Assembly: GCA_965198115.1 (NCBI GenBank)
Contig: OZ240241.1
Span: 2,528,001 to 2,592,000 of the forward strand
Origin: Candidatus Latescibacterota bacterium
Lineage (GTDB): Bacteria > Latescibacterota > UBA2968
Length of the DNA: 64,000 bases
Reading direction: 5' to 3'
The notes beneath the pieces are model-generated. The model was not told where the DNA came from, did not search any database, and saw only the letters and a program-made list of their open reading frames with translations. The stretch's first letter is position 1. Each line of letters opens with the position of its first letter. Positions 9,273 through 20,800 of this stretch are shown here, piece after piece. The position numbers and the translations under genes were made by a program.

Positions 9273-11075
9273 ATGTCCGGCCCCGAAAACATCCGCAACT
9301 TCTGTATCATCGCCCACATCGACCACGGCAAGTCGACCCTCGCCGACCGTTTGCTCGAACACACCCTCACGGTGAACCGGAAGCAGATGATGGACCAGGT
9401 TCTAGACGACATGGACCTGGAGCGCGAGCGTGGCATCACCATCAAATCCCACGCCGTCCGAATGGACTATTCATCCGAGGACGGCGGCGACTACATCCTC
9501 AACTTGATCGATACGCCCGGACACGTCGACTTCTCATACGAGGTTTCACGAAGCTTGACGGCGTGCGAAGGCGCGCTGCTGCTCGTCGACGCCGGCCAGG
9601 GCGTCGAGGCCCAGACCGTCAGCAACGTCCTCCTGGCCATGGAGCACGATCTTGAGATCATCCCGGTCATCAACAAGATCGACCTCCCAGGCGCCGAGAT
9701 CGATCGTGTCGTCGTGCAGATCCACGACCTCCTCGGCGTCGAGGAACAGGACATTCTCAAAATCAGCGCAAAAAACGGCATCGGCATCCAGGACGTGCTC
9801 GATGCGATCATCGACAGGATTCCGGCGCCCGGGGGGGCCGCGGATGCCCCTCTGCAGGGCCTGGTATTCGACTCCGTGTTCGATCGGTATCGGGGCGCCG
9901 TCGCCTATGTCCGCATCTTTCAGGGCACGCTTCGCGCTCGTTCAGACATCCGTTTCTTTTCCACCGGACTCGACTACGAAGCCGAAGAGGTGGGCACGCT
10001 CCGGCTGGGTCGGGTCAAGCGAGACACGCTCGGGCCCGGCGAGGTAGGCTATCTCATCGCCGGGATCAAGGAACTGGGTAACGCACGTGTCGGCGACACG
10101 GTCACGAATGCCGAAAACCCTGCCAACGAGCCGCTACCGGGCTACAAAGACGTCAAGCCCATGGTTTTTGCCGGTCTCTATCCGGTGGAAGCGGAAAACT
10201 ACGAAAACCTGCGCACCGCCCTCGAAAAACTCAATCTCAACGACGCCTCGCTGGCCTACGAGCCCGAAACCTCGACCGCCCTCGGGTTCGGATTCCGGTG
10301 CGGCTTCCTCGGCCTGCTCCACATGGAAATCATTCAGGAAAGGCTCGCTCGGGAATTCGAGATGGAAATCATCACCACCGTCCCGAACGTCGAATACCGC
10401 GTCCTGATGACCGACGGCGAGGAGCTCGAAGTCCACAATCCCGCACAGATGCCACCCGCACAGAAGATCGAACACATCGCCGAACCGATGCTCGACGCGC
10501 AGATCCTCGTACCCTCCGAGTACGTCGGCAACATCATGAAGATCGCACAGGACCGGCGCGGCACTTACATCACGACGGAATACATCGACGCGGATCGTGC
10601 GCTCCTGCGATACGAACTTCCCCTCTCGGAGATCGTCCTCGACTTCTACGATCGCCTGAAGTCCGTCAGCAGGGGGTATGCATCGTTCGACTACGACTAC
10701 AAGGGACATTGCCCATCGCAGCTCGTGAAGCTGGATCTCATGATCAACGGCGATCCGGTCGACGCTCTATCCGCCATCGTTCATCGCGACAATGCCTACC
10801 CGTGGGGGCGGGCGCTCTGCGCGAAGCTCAAGGAACTGATTCCGCGACAGATGTTCGAGGTCGTTGTCCAGGCTGCGATCGGCGCTAAAGTCATCGCCCG
10901 GGAAACGGTTCGGCCTTACAGGAAGAACGTGACCGCCAAATGCTATGGAGGCGACGTTACGCGAAAACGGAAACTCCTCGAAAAGCAGAAAGAGGGTAAG
11001 AAGAGAATGAAGCAAGTCGGCAGCGTCGAGATACCGCAGGAGGCTTTCCTCGCCGTTCTCAGCATGGACGAATAG
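9273..11075 (+). CDS. lepA: Translation elongation factor 4 (LepA)
   Basis: [43 protein letters not shown] and [25 protein letters not shown]. Confidence 0.99.
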   Translation: MSGPENIRNFCIIAHIDHGKSTLADRLLEHTLTVNRKQMMDQVLDDMDLERERGITIKSHAVRMDYSSEDGGDYILNLIDTPGHVDFSYEVSRSLTACEGALLLVDAGQGVEAQTVSNVLLAMEHDLEIIPVINKIDLPGAEIDRVVVQIHDLLGVEEQDILKISAKNGIGIQDVLDAIIDRIPAPGGAADAPLQGLVFDSVFDRYRGAVAYVRIFQGTLRARSDIRFFSTGLDYEAEEVGTLRLGRVKRDTLGPGEVGYLIAGIKELGNARVGDTVTNAENPANEPLPGYKDVKPMVFAGLYPVEAENYENLRTALEKLNLNDASLAYEPETSTALGFGFRCGFLGLLHMEIIQERLAREFEMEIITTVPNVEYRVLMTDGEELEVHNPAQMPPAQKIEHIAEPMLDAQILVPSEYVGNIMKIAQDRRGTYITTEYIDADRALLRYELPLSEIVLDFYDRLKSVSRGYASFDYDYKGHCPSQLVKLDLMINGDPVDALSAIVHRDNAYPWGRALCAKLKELIPRQMFEVVVQAAIGAKVIARETVRPYRKNVTAKCYGGDVTRKRKLLEKQKEGKKRMKQVGSVEIPQEAFLAVLSMDE

Positions 11076-11079
11076 GTCC

Positions 11080-11787
11080 GTGTCGATGGTGGACCTCGCG
11101 GCCCTGCGCCCCGTAGACAAAAGGAGTTGGTTTCGACCGGTAGGGTGGATCGTCGTGGTCGCCGTGGTCTTGAGAGTATTCGTCCTTCAGGGCTACCACC
11201 TGCCTTCCACTTCCATGGAAGACAGCGTACTCGTCGGCGATTTCTTGATTGCAGGCAAGATGGCCTACGGTGCCCCGATTCCGTGGACACACTTCCGATT
11301 GCCCGGGTTCGGGACGCCAGAAGGCGGAGACCCTGTCATCGTCCGGTTTCCCCACGGCAGAAACCGCGAGATCCTGAAGCGATGCATGGCAGGGCCCGGT
11401 CAGACCGTCGAGATTCGCAACAAGATACTCTACGTCGACGGGGCACGATCCGTCGACCCCAAGCGGTCGAAGTACATCGACCCGCGCGTGCTGCCCAAGG
11501 AATCGCCCGACGGCGTTCGCGACAACTACGGCCCGGTCACGATTCCGCCGGGCCATTACTTCGTGATCGGAGACAATCGCGACAACAGCGACGACAGCAG
11601 GTTTTGGGGATTCGTCCCGGACCGCGACATCGTCGCAAAACCAGCCTTCGTCTACTTCAGCTGGCAGCCTGACCCCGAGGCACCCGTCTACGATGGTCTT
11701 GCCTCCTTGCCCAAAATCATCGGTTACAACGCGCTTCACTTCTTAGAAAGGGTTCGTTGGGAACGCATCGGCACATCGATCGAATGA
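11080..11787 (+). CDS. lepB: Signal peptidase I
   Basis: Transmembrane segment, PSTSME (catalytic Ser), LKR (catalytic Lys) and GDNRDNSDDSRFWGFVP. Follows lepA. Confidence 0.95.
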   Translation: MSMVDLAALRPVDKRSWFRPVGWIVVVAVVLRVFVLQGYHLPSTSMEDSVLVGDFLIAGKMAYGAPIPWTHFRLPGFGTPEGGDPVIVRFPHGRNREILKRCMAGPGQTVEIRNKILYVDGARSVDPKRSKYIDPRVLPKESPDGVRDNYGPVTIPPGHYFVIGDNRDNSDDSRFWGFVPDRDIVAKPAFVYFSWQPDPEAPVYDGLASLPKIIGYNALHFLERVRWERIGTSIE

Positions 11788-11814
11788 GAGACGGACCCTG
11801 AAGCGGCCGCTCCT

Positions 11815-12927
11815 ATGACCGCGTCACTCTACATCCACATTCCCTACTGTGGGTCGGCCTGTCCCTACTGCGACTTCGCGTTCGTCGTCGGTCGGGAGTA
11901 TACGGCCGATCGATACGTCGAGGCGCTGAAGCGAGAACTCGACGACCGTACGGGACTCGACACAGGCCCGTTCGAGACGGTCTACCTCGGGGGCGGAACA
12001 CCCTCTTCCCTCGATCCGGCCCTGATCGGCGAGCTGCTCGAATCAATCGACACGGTCGTGGGTATCGATGAAGACGCGGAAATCACGCTCGAAGCCGATC
12101 CGTTGCACGAGGCCCGTTATGCGGCCTACCGCGCTCGCGGCGTGACACGACTGAGCATCGGTGTCCAGAGCTTCTCCGATTGCGATCTCCGCGTACTCGG
12201 CCGCCGCCATTCCGGACATCAATCCGAAACCTCGGTCCTTTCTGCGCGTTCGGCGGGCTTCGACAGTCTGAACGTCGATCTCATTTTCGGGGCGCCGGAG
12301 CAGACGTTCGACACGTGGCGTGCCACCGTCGAAAGAGCCCTGCATCTGGGACCCGAGCATACGTCGATCTACGGTCTCACGATCGAGCCCGAGACGCCCT
12401 TCGGGCGACGTCACGCACGTGGCCGGCTGCCCATCGTGAGCGAAGAGGATCAAGCGCGCATGTTCGAATGGACGGACGGACGTCTGCGGGCGTCGGGCTA
12501 CGAGCACTACGAGATCTCCAACTACGCCCTACCCGGCTGCGAGTCACGGCACAACCTGGCCTGCTGGAGCGGCCGACCATACATAGGCCTGGGCGCCTCG
12601 GCACACAGCTTCGACGGACGGCGACGATCCTGGAACGAACGCGGGCTCGACGCCTACCTCGACGCCGTGGAAATAACCGGCCACGCCACGGTGGATGACG
12701 AAATCCTGACAGACACCCAGCGGCAGCTCGAGCGATTGATGCTCGGTCTGCGCACGTCCGAAGGCATCGATGCCGACTGGGTGGTCGAGAAAGAGGACGC
12801 CTCGACGGCCATCGATACTCTCGTCGCGCAACAGGTGATCGAGCAAAAGGCAGGACGACTGCGACTCACCTCACGTGGCCGTCTTGTCGCCGATGCCGTG
12901 TGCAAGCAGATCGCCGGGTTTCTCTGA
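11815..12927 (+). CDS. hemW: Radical SAM heme chaperone HemW
   Basis: LYIHIPYC..ACPYCDF, GGGTPS, YEISNY, and HNxxxW with YIGLGASAHS. Confidence 0.92.
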   Translation: MTASLYIHIPYCGSACPYCDFAFVVGREYTADRYVEALKRELDDRTGLDTGPFETVYLGGGTPSSLDPALIGELLESIDTVVGIDEDAEITLEADPLHEARYAAYRARGVTRLSIGVQSFSDCDLRVLGRRHSGHQSETSVLSARSAGFDSLNVDLIFGAPEQTFDTWRATVERALHLGPEHTSIYGLTIEPETPFGRRHARGRLPIVSEEDQARMFEWTDGRLRASGYEHYEISNYALPGCESRHNLACWSGRPYIGLGASAHSFDGRRRSWNERGLDAYLDAVEITGHATVDDEILTDTQRQLERLMLGLRTSEGIDADWVVEKEDASTAIDTLVAQQVIEQKAGRLRLTSRGRLVADAVCKQIAGFL

Positions 12928-13829
12928 TGACGTTGACCCTCAGGCTTCCCGGTTCTACATCGAACCTCGGCCCGGGATTCGACGTCCTCGGTCTTGCGCT
13001 CGGAATCCACAATCGGGCCACCGTGTCCGAATCGAAGGACGGGCACACACGCGTGACGGTCACGGGCGAAGGGCAGGCATCACTGCCTGTGGACGGGACC
13101 AACCTGTTCGTCAAAGCCGCAACGCGAACGGCGAAGGAAATCGGCAAATCGCTACCCCCCCTGGAGGTGCGGACAGAAAACACGATCCCTCTTGCGCGCG
13201 GTCTGGGTAGCAGCTCGACGGCGATCGCCGGCGGCGTACTCTCAGCCAATCGACTGCTGGGGGATCCTCTCGACACTCACGATGTCGTTCAGCTCGCCTC
13301 ACGTATCGAGGGGCATCCCGACAACGTTTCTCCGTGCATCCTGGGTGGTCTCACGATCAGCTCCATGAACGAGTCAGGACGCGTCATCTATGTCCGGGCC
13401 ATCCCGGCAGGAGAACTCGAAGCCATCGTCGCCATACCCGACTTCGAACTCATCACCGAGGACGCCCGAAACGCGCTTCCCGAGGAGGTTCCTCACCAGG
13501 ATGCCGTCTACAACGTCGGCAACGCGTGCCTGGTTACGGCCGCCCTCCTGACCGGCCATCCGGACGTGCTGTGCGAAGCCATGGATGACCGTCTGCACCA
13601 ACCGTATCGAGCGGGCCTGATCCCGGGGTATCACGATGTCTGCACGGCCGCACGGGAGGCCGGGGCGTTGAACGTCACCATCAGCGGTGCGGGCCCCACG
13701 CTCTTCGCCCTCGCAGAATCCGACGGGCGACGGGTCGCAGACGCCATGGTAGCCGCCTGGCGTTCCCACGACATCATCGCGACACCCCGCGTTCTGCCCA
13801 TCGACACTGCAGGAGCCGTCTTCGAATGA
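12927..13829 (+). CDS. thrB: Homoserine kinase (GHMP family)
   Basis: STSNLGPGFDVLG, IPLARGLGSS, EGHPDN, DRLHQPYR and SGAGPT. Confidence 0.95.
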   Translation: MTLTLRLPGSTSNLGPGFDVLGLALGIHNRATVSESKDGHTRVTVTGEGQASLPVDGTNLFVKAATRTAKEIGKSLPPLEVRTENTIPLARGLGSSSTAIAGGVLSANRLLGDPLDTHDVVQLASRIEGHPDNVSPCILGGLTISSMNESGRVIYVRAIPAGELEAIVAIPDFELITEDARNALPEEVPHQDAVYNVGNACLVTAALLTGHPDVLCEAMDDRLHQPYRAGLIPGYHDVCTAAREAGALNVTISGAGPTLFALAESDGRRVADAMVAAWRSHDIIATPRVLPIDTAGAVFE

Positions 13830-15544
13830 TCGCCCGACTACACCCCAACGATCCAAGCACAATGCCGCCGTGGATTCGGGCCGTCGTCTACCTCCTAATC
13901 ACAGGTCTGCTCGGACAGCCCCTGTCCACGCTCGCCCAGTCGCGGGGCAGTCGCCGCAATCAAGATGAACGCGAGAGAACACGGAGCGCGCTCGAAACCT
14001 TTTCGTCGCGAGGTCGTCAGGGCCAGGATGAAATGACGGACCCCTTCGGCATCGACATGATGACCATCAGCAAAGGGGCCTACGATGCGGTCATCCGGAC
14101 GGGCGAGTATGTCCTCGGAACCGGTGACGCCTTCTCCATCCTCGTCGACACCGATGAGGGCGTTGTCGTCGATGAGGTGCCCGTCGGCGCCGATGGGGGT
14201 TTGGTCATCCCCTACGTCGGTGTCGTACCCGTCGCGGGCAAACGCCTCGCCGACGCCAAGGCCGCCATCGAGCGCGCCATCCAGGACCGGTTCCAGCATC
14301 TCGACATCTCGGTCAACCTCTCCAGACTCCGATCCTTCCCGATCAACGTCATCGGCGAGGTCCAGTTTCCGGGCGCTTACAAGGTCAAGGGCGTCGAACA
14401 GGTCTCCGAACTCATCCTGCGGGCCGGCGGTCTGCTGGAAGAGACCCGTGGGCGCGCCTCACTCCGTAACATCCGGATCCTCCGACGCTCCGAAACAGGC
14501 GAGCTCCTCGACAACCCGAAGCGCGCCGATCTGCTCCTGTGGAACCTGACGGGCGACCTCCACTACAACCCGTATGTGATCGATGGAGACCAGATTTTCG
14601 TACCCGTTAAGGGCGACTCGATCAGCATCGCGGGCGGCGTTCACCAGCCCGGCAACTACGAATTCGCGGTGGGTGATCGCGTGTCGGACCTCGTGAGACT
14701 CGGACGCGGCCTGATCGGCGATTCTCGCACGGTCACCGCCGAACTGCTCAGACTCGGATCGGGGCGTGCCGATGCTCGCCCGATCGATCTTGCAACCGCC
14801 CTCGCGAACGGCTCGGCGGCAAACATCGAGCTGGAGGCGGGCGACAAGCTCTTCGTGACGGGTGACAGACAGCGTGTCACCGTCGAGGGCGAAGTCCGTT
14901 TCCCGGGCGCCTATCCGATCGAGCAAGGACTCAGACTCCGCCAGCTGATCGAACGCGCCGGCGGATTCACCGAGTTCGCGTCACGCTCACAGTCCGTCGT
15001 GATCAGACGTGTCGAATACGGAGTCCGTGCCGACGAAGACGTCAGGCTCGAACGGTTGCTAAACCTCCCACGAAACCAGTTGTCCGACGGAGATCTTGCC
15101 TACATCACCATGAACACGCAACGAGTGCCGGGCCGCATTCCCGTCGACTTCGAAGCCCTCTTCGATCGAGGGGACGAGCGCCACAACGTCGAACTGCGTG
15201 GCGACGACGTCATCAGGGTCCCACGGCTCCGACCGACTGTTCTCGTCAACGGATCGGTGGCCGCACCCGCCGCCATTCCCTACGATCCTGCTTACACTGT
15301 GAACGACTATATTCGCGACGCGGGTGGATTCACGAGCACCGCCCGACGCAACGACGTCTACGTCATCCAGGGCAGTACGGGTCACTCGGTCGAAGCGTCC
15401 AAGGTCGACGATGTATCTCCAGGCGATGCGATCTTCGTCCCATCCAAGACCCAGGGTCAGGGATGGCGTACCTTCCGGGAGGTTTTGGTCATCGCTGCAC
15501 AGCTCGCCTCCCTCGCCCTCGTCATCGACGCGATACGAAGATGA
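13826..15544 (+). CDS. Polysaccharide export protein with multiple SLBB domains (Wza/KpsD-like); start may be at 13862
   Basis: Signal peptide, Poly_export domain (YVLGTGD..IPYVG) and repeated V.GEV..PG.Y...AGG SLBB units. Confidence 0.85.
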   Translation: MIARLHPNDPSTMPPWIRAVVYLLITGLLGQPLSTLAQSRGSRRNQDERERTRSALETFSSRGRQGQDEMTDPFGIDMMTISKGAYDAVIRTGEYVLGTGDAFSILVDTDEGVVVDEVPVGADGGLVIPYVGVVPVAGKRLADAKAAIERAIQDRFQHLDISVNLSRLRSFPINVIGEVQFPGAYKVKGVEQVSELILRAGGLLEETRGRASLRNIRILRRSETGELLDNPKRADLLLWNLTGDLHYNPYVIDGDQIFVPVKGDSISIAGGVHQPGNYEFAVGDRVSDLVRLGRGLIGDSRTVTAELLRLGSGRADARPIDLATALANGSAANIELEAGDKLFVTGDRQRVTVEGEVRFPGAYPIEQGLRLRQLIERAGGFTEFASRSQSVVIRRVEYGVRADEDVRLERLLNLPRNQLSDGDLAYITMNTQRVPGRIPVDFEALFDRGDERHNVELRGDDVIRVPRLRPTVLVNGSVAAPAAIPYDPAYTVNDYIRDAGGFTSTARRNDVYVIQGSTGHSVEASKVDDVSPGDAIFVPSKTQGQGWRTFREVLVIAAQLASLALVIDAIRR

Positions 15545-15621
15545 AGAGTCAGAAGTCATCATATGGCGACTTCAATAGTCTTTCGCTTGGCAGCTTAAAC
15601 GTCCATTGATCGATTGATCAG

Positions 15622-16809
15622 ATGACAACCAACGACAACACAGAACGTTCATTCATCGACCACCTCGGAACGGTCGTCAGATGGCGTCGCATGATCCTCT
15701 GGTGTTTCTTCGTGGTTACCGCGGGAACGGCCCTCGTGTCACTCGTGTTACCGAAGGCGTATCGCGCGACGGCTACCGTTTTTCCGCCTCAGGATTCGAG
15801 CGACGTACTCGGCGGACTCTCGTCCCTCCTGGCCGATCTTCCGGTCAACTTGCTCGGTCTTTCCGGAGGGAGCGTGTCCGCGACCGACTTCGTTCCCGTC
15901 GTCGAAAGCGAACGCGTGAAGGAAGCAGTGGCCGAACGCTTTGGCCTGATGGCCAAATACGAGGCCGAGACGCGCGAACAGTTGCTACGGGAGATGGAGG
16001 GTCGGCTCGAGGTCGAGCTCTCCCGGGAGCAGTTCTTGACGGTCTCCTATGAAGCGGAAACACCCGAACTCGCCGCGCAAATGACGAACGCCTTCGTGGA
16101 AGAGCTCGATCTGGCGCTTCGTGATCGGAAAAACCAACAGGCGGGGGCCCTGCGTCAATATTTTGAGATACGATTGGCCGAGGCCCATAGCGATGTCCGG
16201 GGTGCGGAACTGGCGTATCGTGCTTTTCAGTCCGAACACATGGCCATCGACCTCGAGACGCAGGCCAATGCCCAGATCGAAACAGCGGGGCAGGTCGTCG
16301 TGCAACTCGCCGAACTCATCATCCAGCGGGATGTCGCTACGGAGATGATGGAGGCTGGTCACCCCAAGCTCAAACAGCTCGAACTCGAGATCGACGCCAC
16401 GCGTGGAGCCATCGACCGAATGCTGATGGGCGACATCAACGGCGCCGGTGCAGATCTTCCCGACATCGTCATCCCCTTTCGCGCCGTTCCTGACCTCGGC
16501 CTGCAAGCGCTCCAGCTCATGCGGGACGTCAAAATCAACAATGCGATCTACACGTTCGTCCGGCAGGAATACGAACGGGCACGGCTCGAAGAGGACAAGG
16601 AGACCGCACTCGTCATCCCACTCGACAGCGCCAAACCACCCGACACACGGAGCCGACCGCGTCGCACCCTGATGGTCCTTATAGCCGGGGCCCTGAGCCT
16701 GGCACTCAGCACGCTTCTCGCCTTTTTCTTCGAGGCTGTGCACGGTCTGGACGACAGCCGAAGGCAGAAACTGGACTCCATCCTCGCCGAACTCCGTCGC
16801 AAGGCCTGA
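15622..16809 (+). CDS. Polysaccharide co-polymerase / chain-length determinant (Wzz/Wzc-N, GNVR domain)
   Basis: Two terminal TM helices, YRATATVFPP, a coiled-coil core and the Pro-rich LDSAKPP..RSRPRR. No kinase domain. Confidence 0.85.
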   Translation: MTTNDNTERSFIDHLGTVVRWRRMILWCFFVVTAGTALVSLVLPKAYRATATVFPPQDSSDVLGGLSSLLADLPVNLLGLSGGSVSATDFVPVVESERVKEAVAERFGLMAKYEAETREQLLREMEGRLEVELSREQFLTVSYEAETPELAAQMTNAFVEELDLALRDRKNQQAGALRQYFEIRLAEAHSDVRGAELAYRAFQSEHMAIDLETQANAQIETAGQVVVQLAELIIQRDVATEMMEAGHPKLKQLELEIDATRGAIDRMLMGDINGAGADLPDIVIPFRAVPDLGLQALQLMRDVKINNAIYTFVRQEYERARLEEDKETALVIPLDSAKPPDTRSRPRRTLMVLIAGALSLALSTLLAFFFEAVHGLDDSRRQKLDSILAELRRKA

Positions 16810-16825
16810 AAGAAGAGACCACCGC

Positions 16826-17860
16826 GTGGAAACAGACCAAAGGGTCCCCGAAAGCTCCAGTATCCTCACAACCACGGTCGGGTCCTATCCCCTGCCGGAA
16901 TGGGTGATCGCGGCGCCCAGCGAGTCCGCCATCGTCGACGCTACACGTGTCATTCTGGACACCCAACGCCAGGGCGGCATCGATCTCCCGACCGATGGTG
17001 AGATCTATCGCTTCGACATCAACCACCCCGAAACCAACGGGATGATCGAATACTTCGTCCGTCCCATGGGTGGTACGCGAGATGACTTTGGACGGAGCGA
17101 GATCGAAGAATTCGCGGAAAAACAGACGATGGGGTTCCGTTCAAAACCGGCCGCCGTCGTCGACGAGGCACTCAACGAAGGCACCCTCGACCTCTTGACG
17201 GACTGTGCAAGGGCCGCCGACATCTCCGGAGGCCCGTTCAAGTTCACGCTCACGAGTCCGTACATGCTTGCCAGAACACTGCTCGACCATCACTACGGTG
17301 ATTTCGAAGCACTCCTGATGGGCGTGGCAGACGTCCTCGCCGCCCAGGTACGCGACCTGCCCTGCGCGTGTCTTCAGGTCGATGAAGCCAACATCCCGGG
17401 AAACCCCGACGACGGTCCGATCGCGGCCAGAGCAATCAACCGTGTCCTCGATGCCGTGTCTGACGGGACCGAGAGAGCCGTCCACTTCTGCTTCGGGAAC
17501 TACGGGGGCCAGGTCATCCAGAGCGGTACCTGGTCGGCCCTCGTTGACTTCCTGAACGACCTTCACGCGGACCACCTCGTGCTCGAAATCGCCCATCGTC
17601 CTAAGAGCGATCTCGAGGCGCTCAAGGAAGTTGACGGGAACATCAAACTCGGCATCGGCGTCGTAGACATCAAAGTCAACCACGTCGAGACAGCCGACGA
17701 GATCGCATCCCGGATCGAGGAAACGGAAAAAGTCGTGGGCCCCGGTCGTATCAGATACATTCATCCCGACTGTGGATTCTGGATGCTCAAACGCTCCGTC
17801 GCAGACCGCAAAATCGCCGCGCTGGCCCCCGGACGCGATCGGTATCTCGGTCTGTCCTGA
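16826..17860 (+). CDS. Cobalamin-independent methionine synthase II family protein (MetE C-terminal 'core' domain only)
   Basis: TTVGSYP, TDGE, LQVDE, Zn ligands HFC..E..HPDCG and GVVDIK. 344 aa with no N-terminal MetE barrel. Confidence 0.88.
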   Translation: METDQRVPESSSILTTTVGSYPLPEWVIAAPSESAIVDATRVILDTQRQGGIDLPTDGEIYRFDINHPETNGMIEYFVRPMGGTRDDFGRSEIEEFAEKQTMGFRSKPAAVVDEALNEGTLDLLTDCARAADISGGPFKFTLTSPYMLARTLLDHHYGDFEALLMGVADVLAAQVRDLPCACLQVDEANIPGNPDDGPIAARAINRVLDAVSDGTERAVHFCFGNYGGQVIQSGTWSALVDFLNDLHADHLVLEIAHRPKSDLEALKEVDGNIKLGIGVVDIKVNHVETADEIASRIEETEKVVGPGRIRYIHPDCGFWMLKRSVADRKIAALAPGRDRYLGLS

Positions 17861-17879
17861 TCTTCCGATTGGACCCACC

Positions 17880-20800
17880 CTGAACACCCACTCACACACT
17901 CGCTGGTTGGTTGCCGCGCTGCTGCTACTCCTGTTTCTCGGAGAAGCCGAGGCTCAAGTCGATCCCGACAGCCTCGGTGTCATCGTCACGATCGCCGGTG
18001 GGGGCGTCGATTCCCTCAGCGAGGACATCCCGGCCACCGATGCCCTCCTCGATGTCCCACTCGGCATATCCGTCGACGTTAACGGTCACATCTTCATCAC
18101 AGAGACGGGCAACCACCGGATTCGTCGAATCGATGCAGTCACCGGGAACATCACCACCGTCGCCGGAAGCGGAACTCTGGGCAACTCCGGCGACGGCGGC
18201 CCAGCCACAGCCGCGCAGTTCAGCAGACCTCAAGGCGTCGCCGTACACTCGAGCGGCGACATCTACATCGGTGACACGGGCAACCGGGTCGTCCGACGCG
18301 TCGACGCAGCAACCGGTTTGATCGAAACGTTCGTCGGATCGGGCCAGCTGGGAGAGGTCCCCGCAGGGGTCGCGATCCCCCGAGAACTCGCCAGCTTCAG
18401 CGAGATCGTCGATGTCTGGACCACCGAGGGAGCGCTCTTCGTCGCCGATGGCGCGCTTGCAGGCGGTGGCGGAAACAACATCATCATCCAAGCGGAATTC
18501 GACAGCTTGGACGTGGTCCGTATCGCCGGTACCGGAAATGCCGAGTTTTCCGGTGACGGCAGCGCGGCCATCGATGCGGGCATGAGCGTCGAACAGATCA
18601 AGACCGCCCTCGACTTCTTTCTGTTCGCCGATTTTCTGAATCACCGCGTCAGACAGCTCGAAGTGGTCGTTCCGGAAGGAGACTCGATCCCGGTCGCGCA
18701 GATCTCGACCATCGCCGGTAGGGGACTGACGTTCGGCGACATCCTGAGCGGGTTCACTTTCTCAGGCGATGGCGGACCGGCCACGGACGCCCGGCTGAAC
18801 TTTCCCTCCGGCATCGCCGCCGACGAAACTGGTCGAGTATACATCGCCGACTCACAGAATCAGCGCGTCCGGGCAATCGAACTCGACGGCACGATCGTCA
18901 CGCTCGCGGGCACGGGCGATTTCCTGTCGGACGGCGATGGGCAGCTCGGATTCCTGGCGCCCGTCGAGAATCCCGCGCGTCTCGCCCTGGACCTGAACGG
19001 AGACCTTTTGGTCGTGGAGCCTATCGGCGGGCGCATCCGCAAGATCATCGACCCGACCTTCCGTTCCGCTTTTCTCGAAATCGCCCGGACCGAAATCAAT
19101 TTCGGGCAGGCCAGCCTGGGCATTGGGAAAGTCGACACGCTCCTGATCCAGAACTTCGGAAACAAAGTGCTCAACATCGCCGACGTCTCTTCCGACAACG
19201 AGCGGTTTTCGGTCCCACTCGAGCTACCCGCCGAAGTCTTACCCAACGAGATCTTTCGAATCCCGCTGCGCTTCGACCCCGACGCCCAGGATCCCGTCTT
19301 CGGTGAACTGATCCTCCAGACGGATGATCCCTTTCGTCCCACGATTCCGATCGCCGTGCAGGGAGCCGGCATCGTCCCTGACGCCGATCTGCTCCCTTTG
19401 TCGGCATCCTTCGAACAGACCTTCACGGACGAGACCCGAACCCAGTCATTCAGACTCACGAACGTCGATCAGGGTTTGTTAATGCTCGACGGGATCGCGC
19501 TTTCCGACACCACCAACTTCTCGGTCACGTTCAGCGACTCGACGGCCCCCTCCGGAGACGTCATCACGATTTCCGTCGTCTTTCAACCCACGATCGATGG
19601 CCAGATCGACGGCACGATGATCGTCCGAACGAACGACCCCGACGAGCCGACGTTCACGGTCTCCCTGACCGGATTTGGAAGGATCGGGAAGCCGGGAGGA
19701 TTCCTGGATGTGAGTTCAACGATGGGGGTCGGGGATGCGGGAGCCGCATTCGGCGTGTCCTGGGCGGATTACGATCGGGACGGAGATTCCGACCTCTACG
19801 TCGTTCGAAGTATGCAGACCAATCTGCTCTACAGGAACAACCAGGGCGCGTTCGCCGAAATCGGAGCGGCCGTCGGCGTGAACGGAAGCGGCGACGGAAG
19901 CGGCGCGGCCTGGGCCGACTACGATCGGGACGGAGACCTGGATCTCTACGTCACGAATTTTTCCCAGCCGAACAGACTCTACCGGAACGATGGAGGGGTC
20001 TTCAGCGACGTCGCGACGACCGCAGGGGTCGACGACAACGGGGACGGATACGGTGCGGCGTGGGGGGACTACGACAATGATGGCGATCCCGACCTCTACG
20101 TCGCCAATTTCGGTCCCAACGTCTTTTACAGAAACGTCGGAGGCCAATTCGAAGAAATAGCCGATCAGCTAGGTGTTGCCGACTCGAGCAGTGGTGTGCA
20201 ACCGGTGTTCAGCGACTTCGACAACGACGGGGACGTCGACCTCTTCCTCGCCAACAGCGGTCCGAACCGGTACTGGGTAAACGTCGAGGGCACCTTCGTC
20301 GATTCGATTTCGATCTTCTTTCCCGCCGACGACGGTCCCAGCTTCGGGGCAGCCGTCGGGGATTACAACAACGACGGACTGATGGACCTGTATGTTCCCT
20401 ACTTCGGCGAGCCCAACCGTCTCTACGAAAATTCGGGCAATGCGTTCAACGACGTGGGTCTCGCGCTCAGCATTAACGACAACAGTCGGTCCCGCGGAGC
20501 CGTCTGGGCCGACTTCAACAACGACGGATGGCTCGACATCTTCGTCACCAATTCCGGTCAGCCCAATCGCGTCTACCGAAGCGAGGGATTGGTCGGCGGG
20601 AACGTGGTCTTTACCGAAGTCGCCGAGGAGTTCGGCACGGACACGGTCGCCGACAGCCGGGGTGTTGCCCTGTCCGACTTCGACGGCGACGGTGGGTTGG
20701 ATCTCTTCGTCGCAGTACAGGGAGGTCCGGACAAACTGTTTCAAAATCAGGAGGCCGACGGAAACTGGATCCTGATCAGCCCGCGGGGAACCGTCAGCAG

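Noticed and set aside
19750-20720. Regularly recurring nucleotide repeats (gactacgat/gacttcgacaac...) suggesting an array
   Set aside because: They encode the FG-GAP repeats of the giant protein and are not CRISPR or non-coding repeats.
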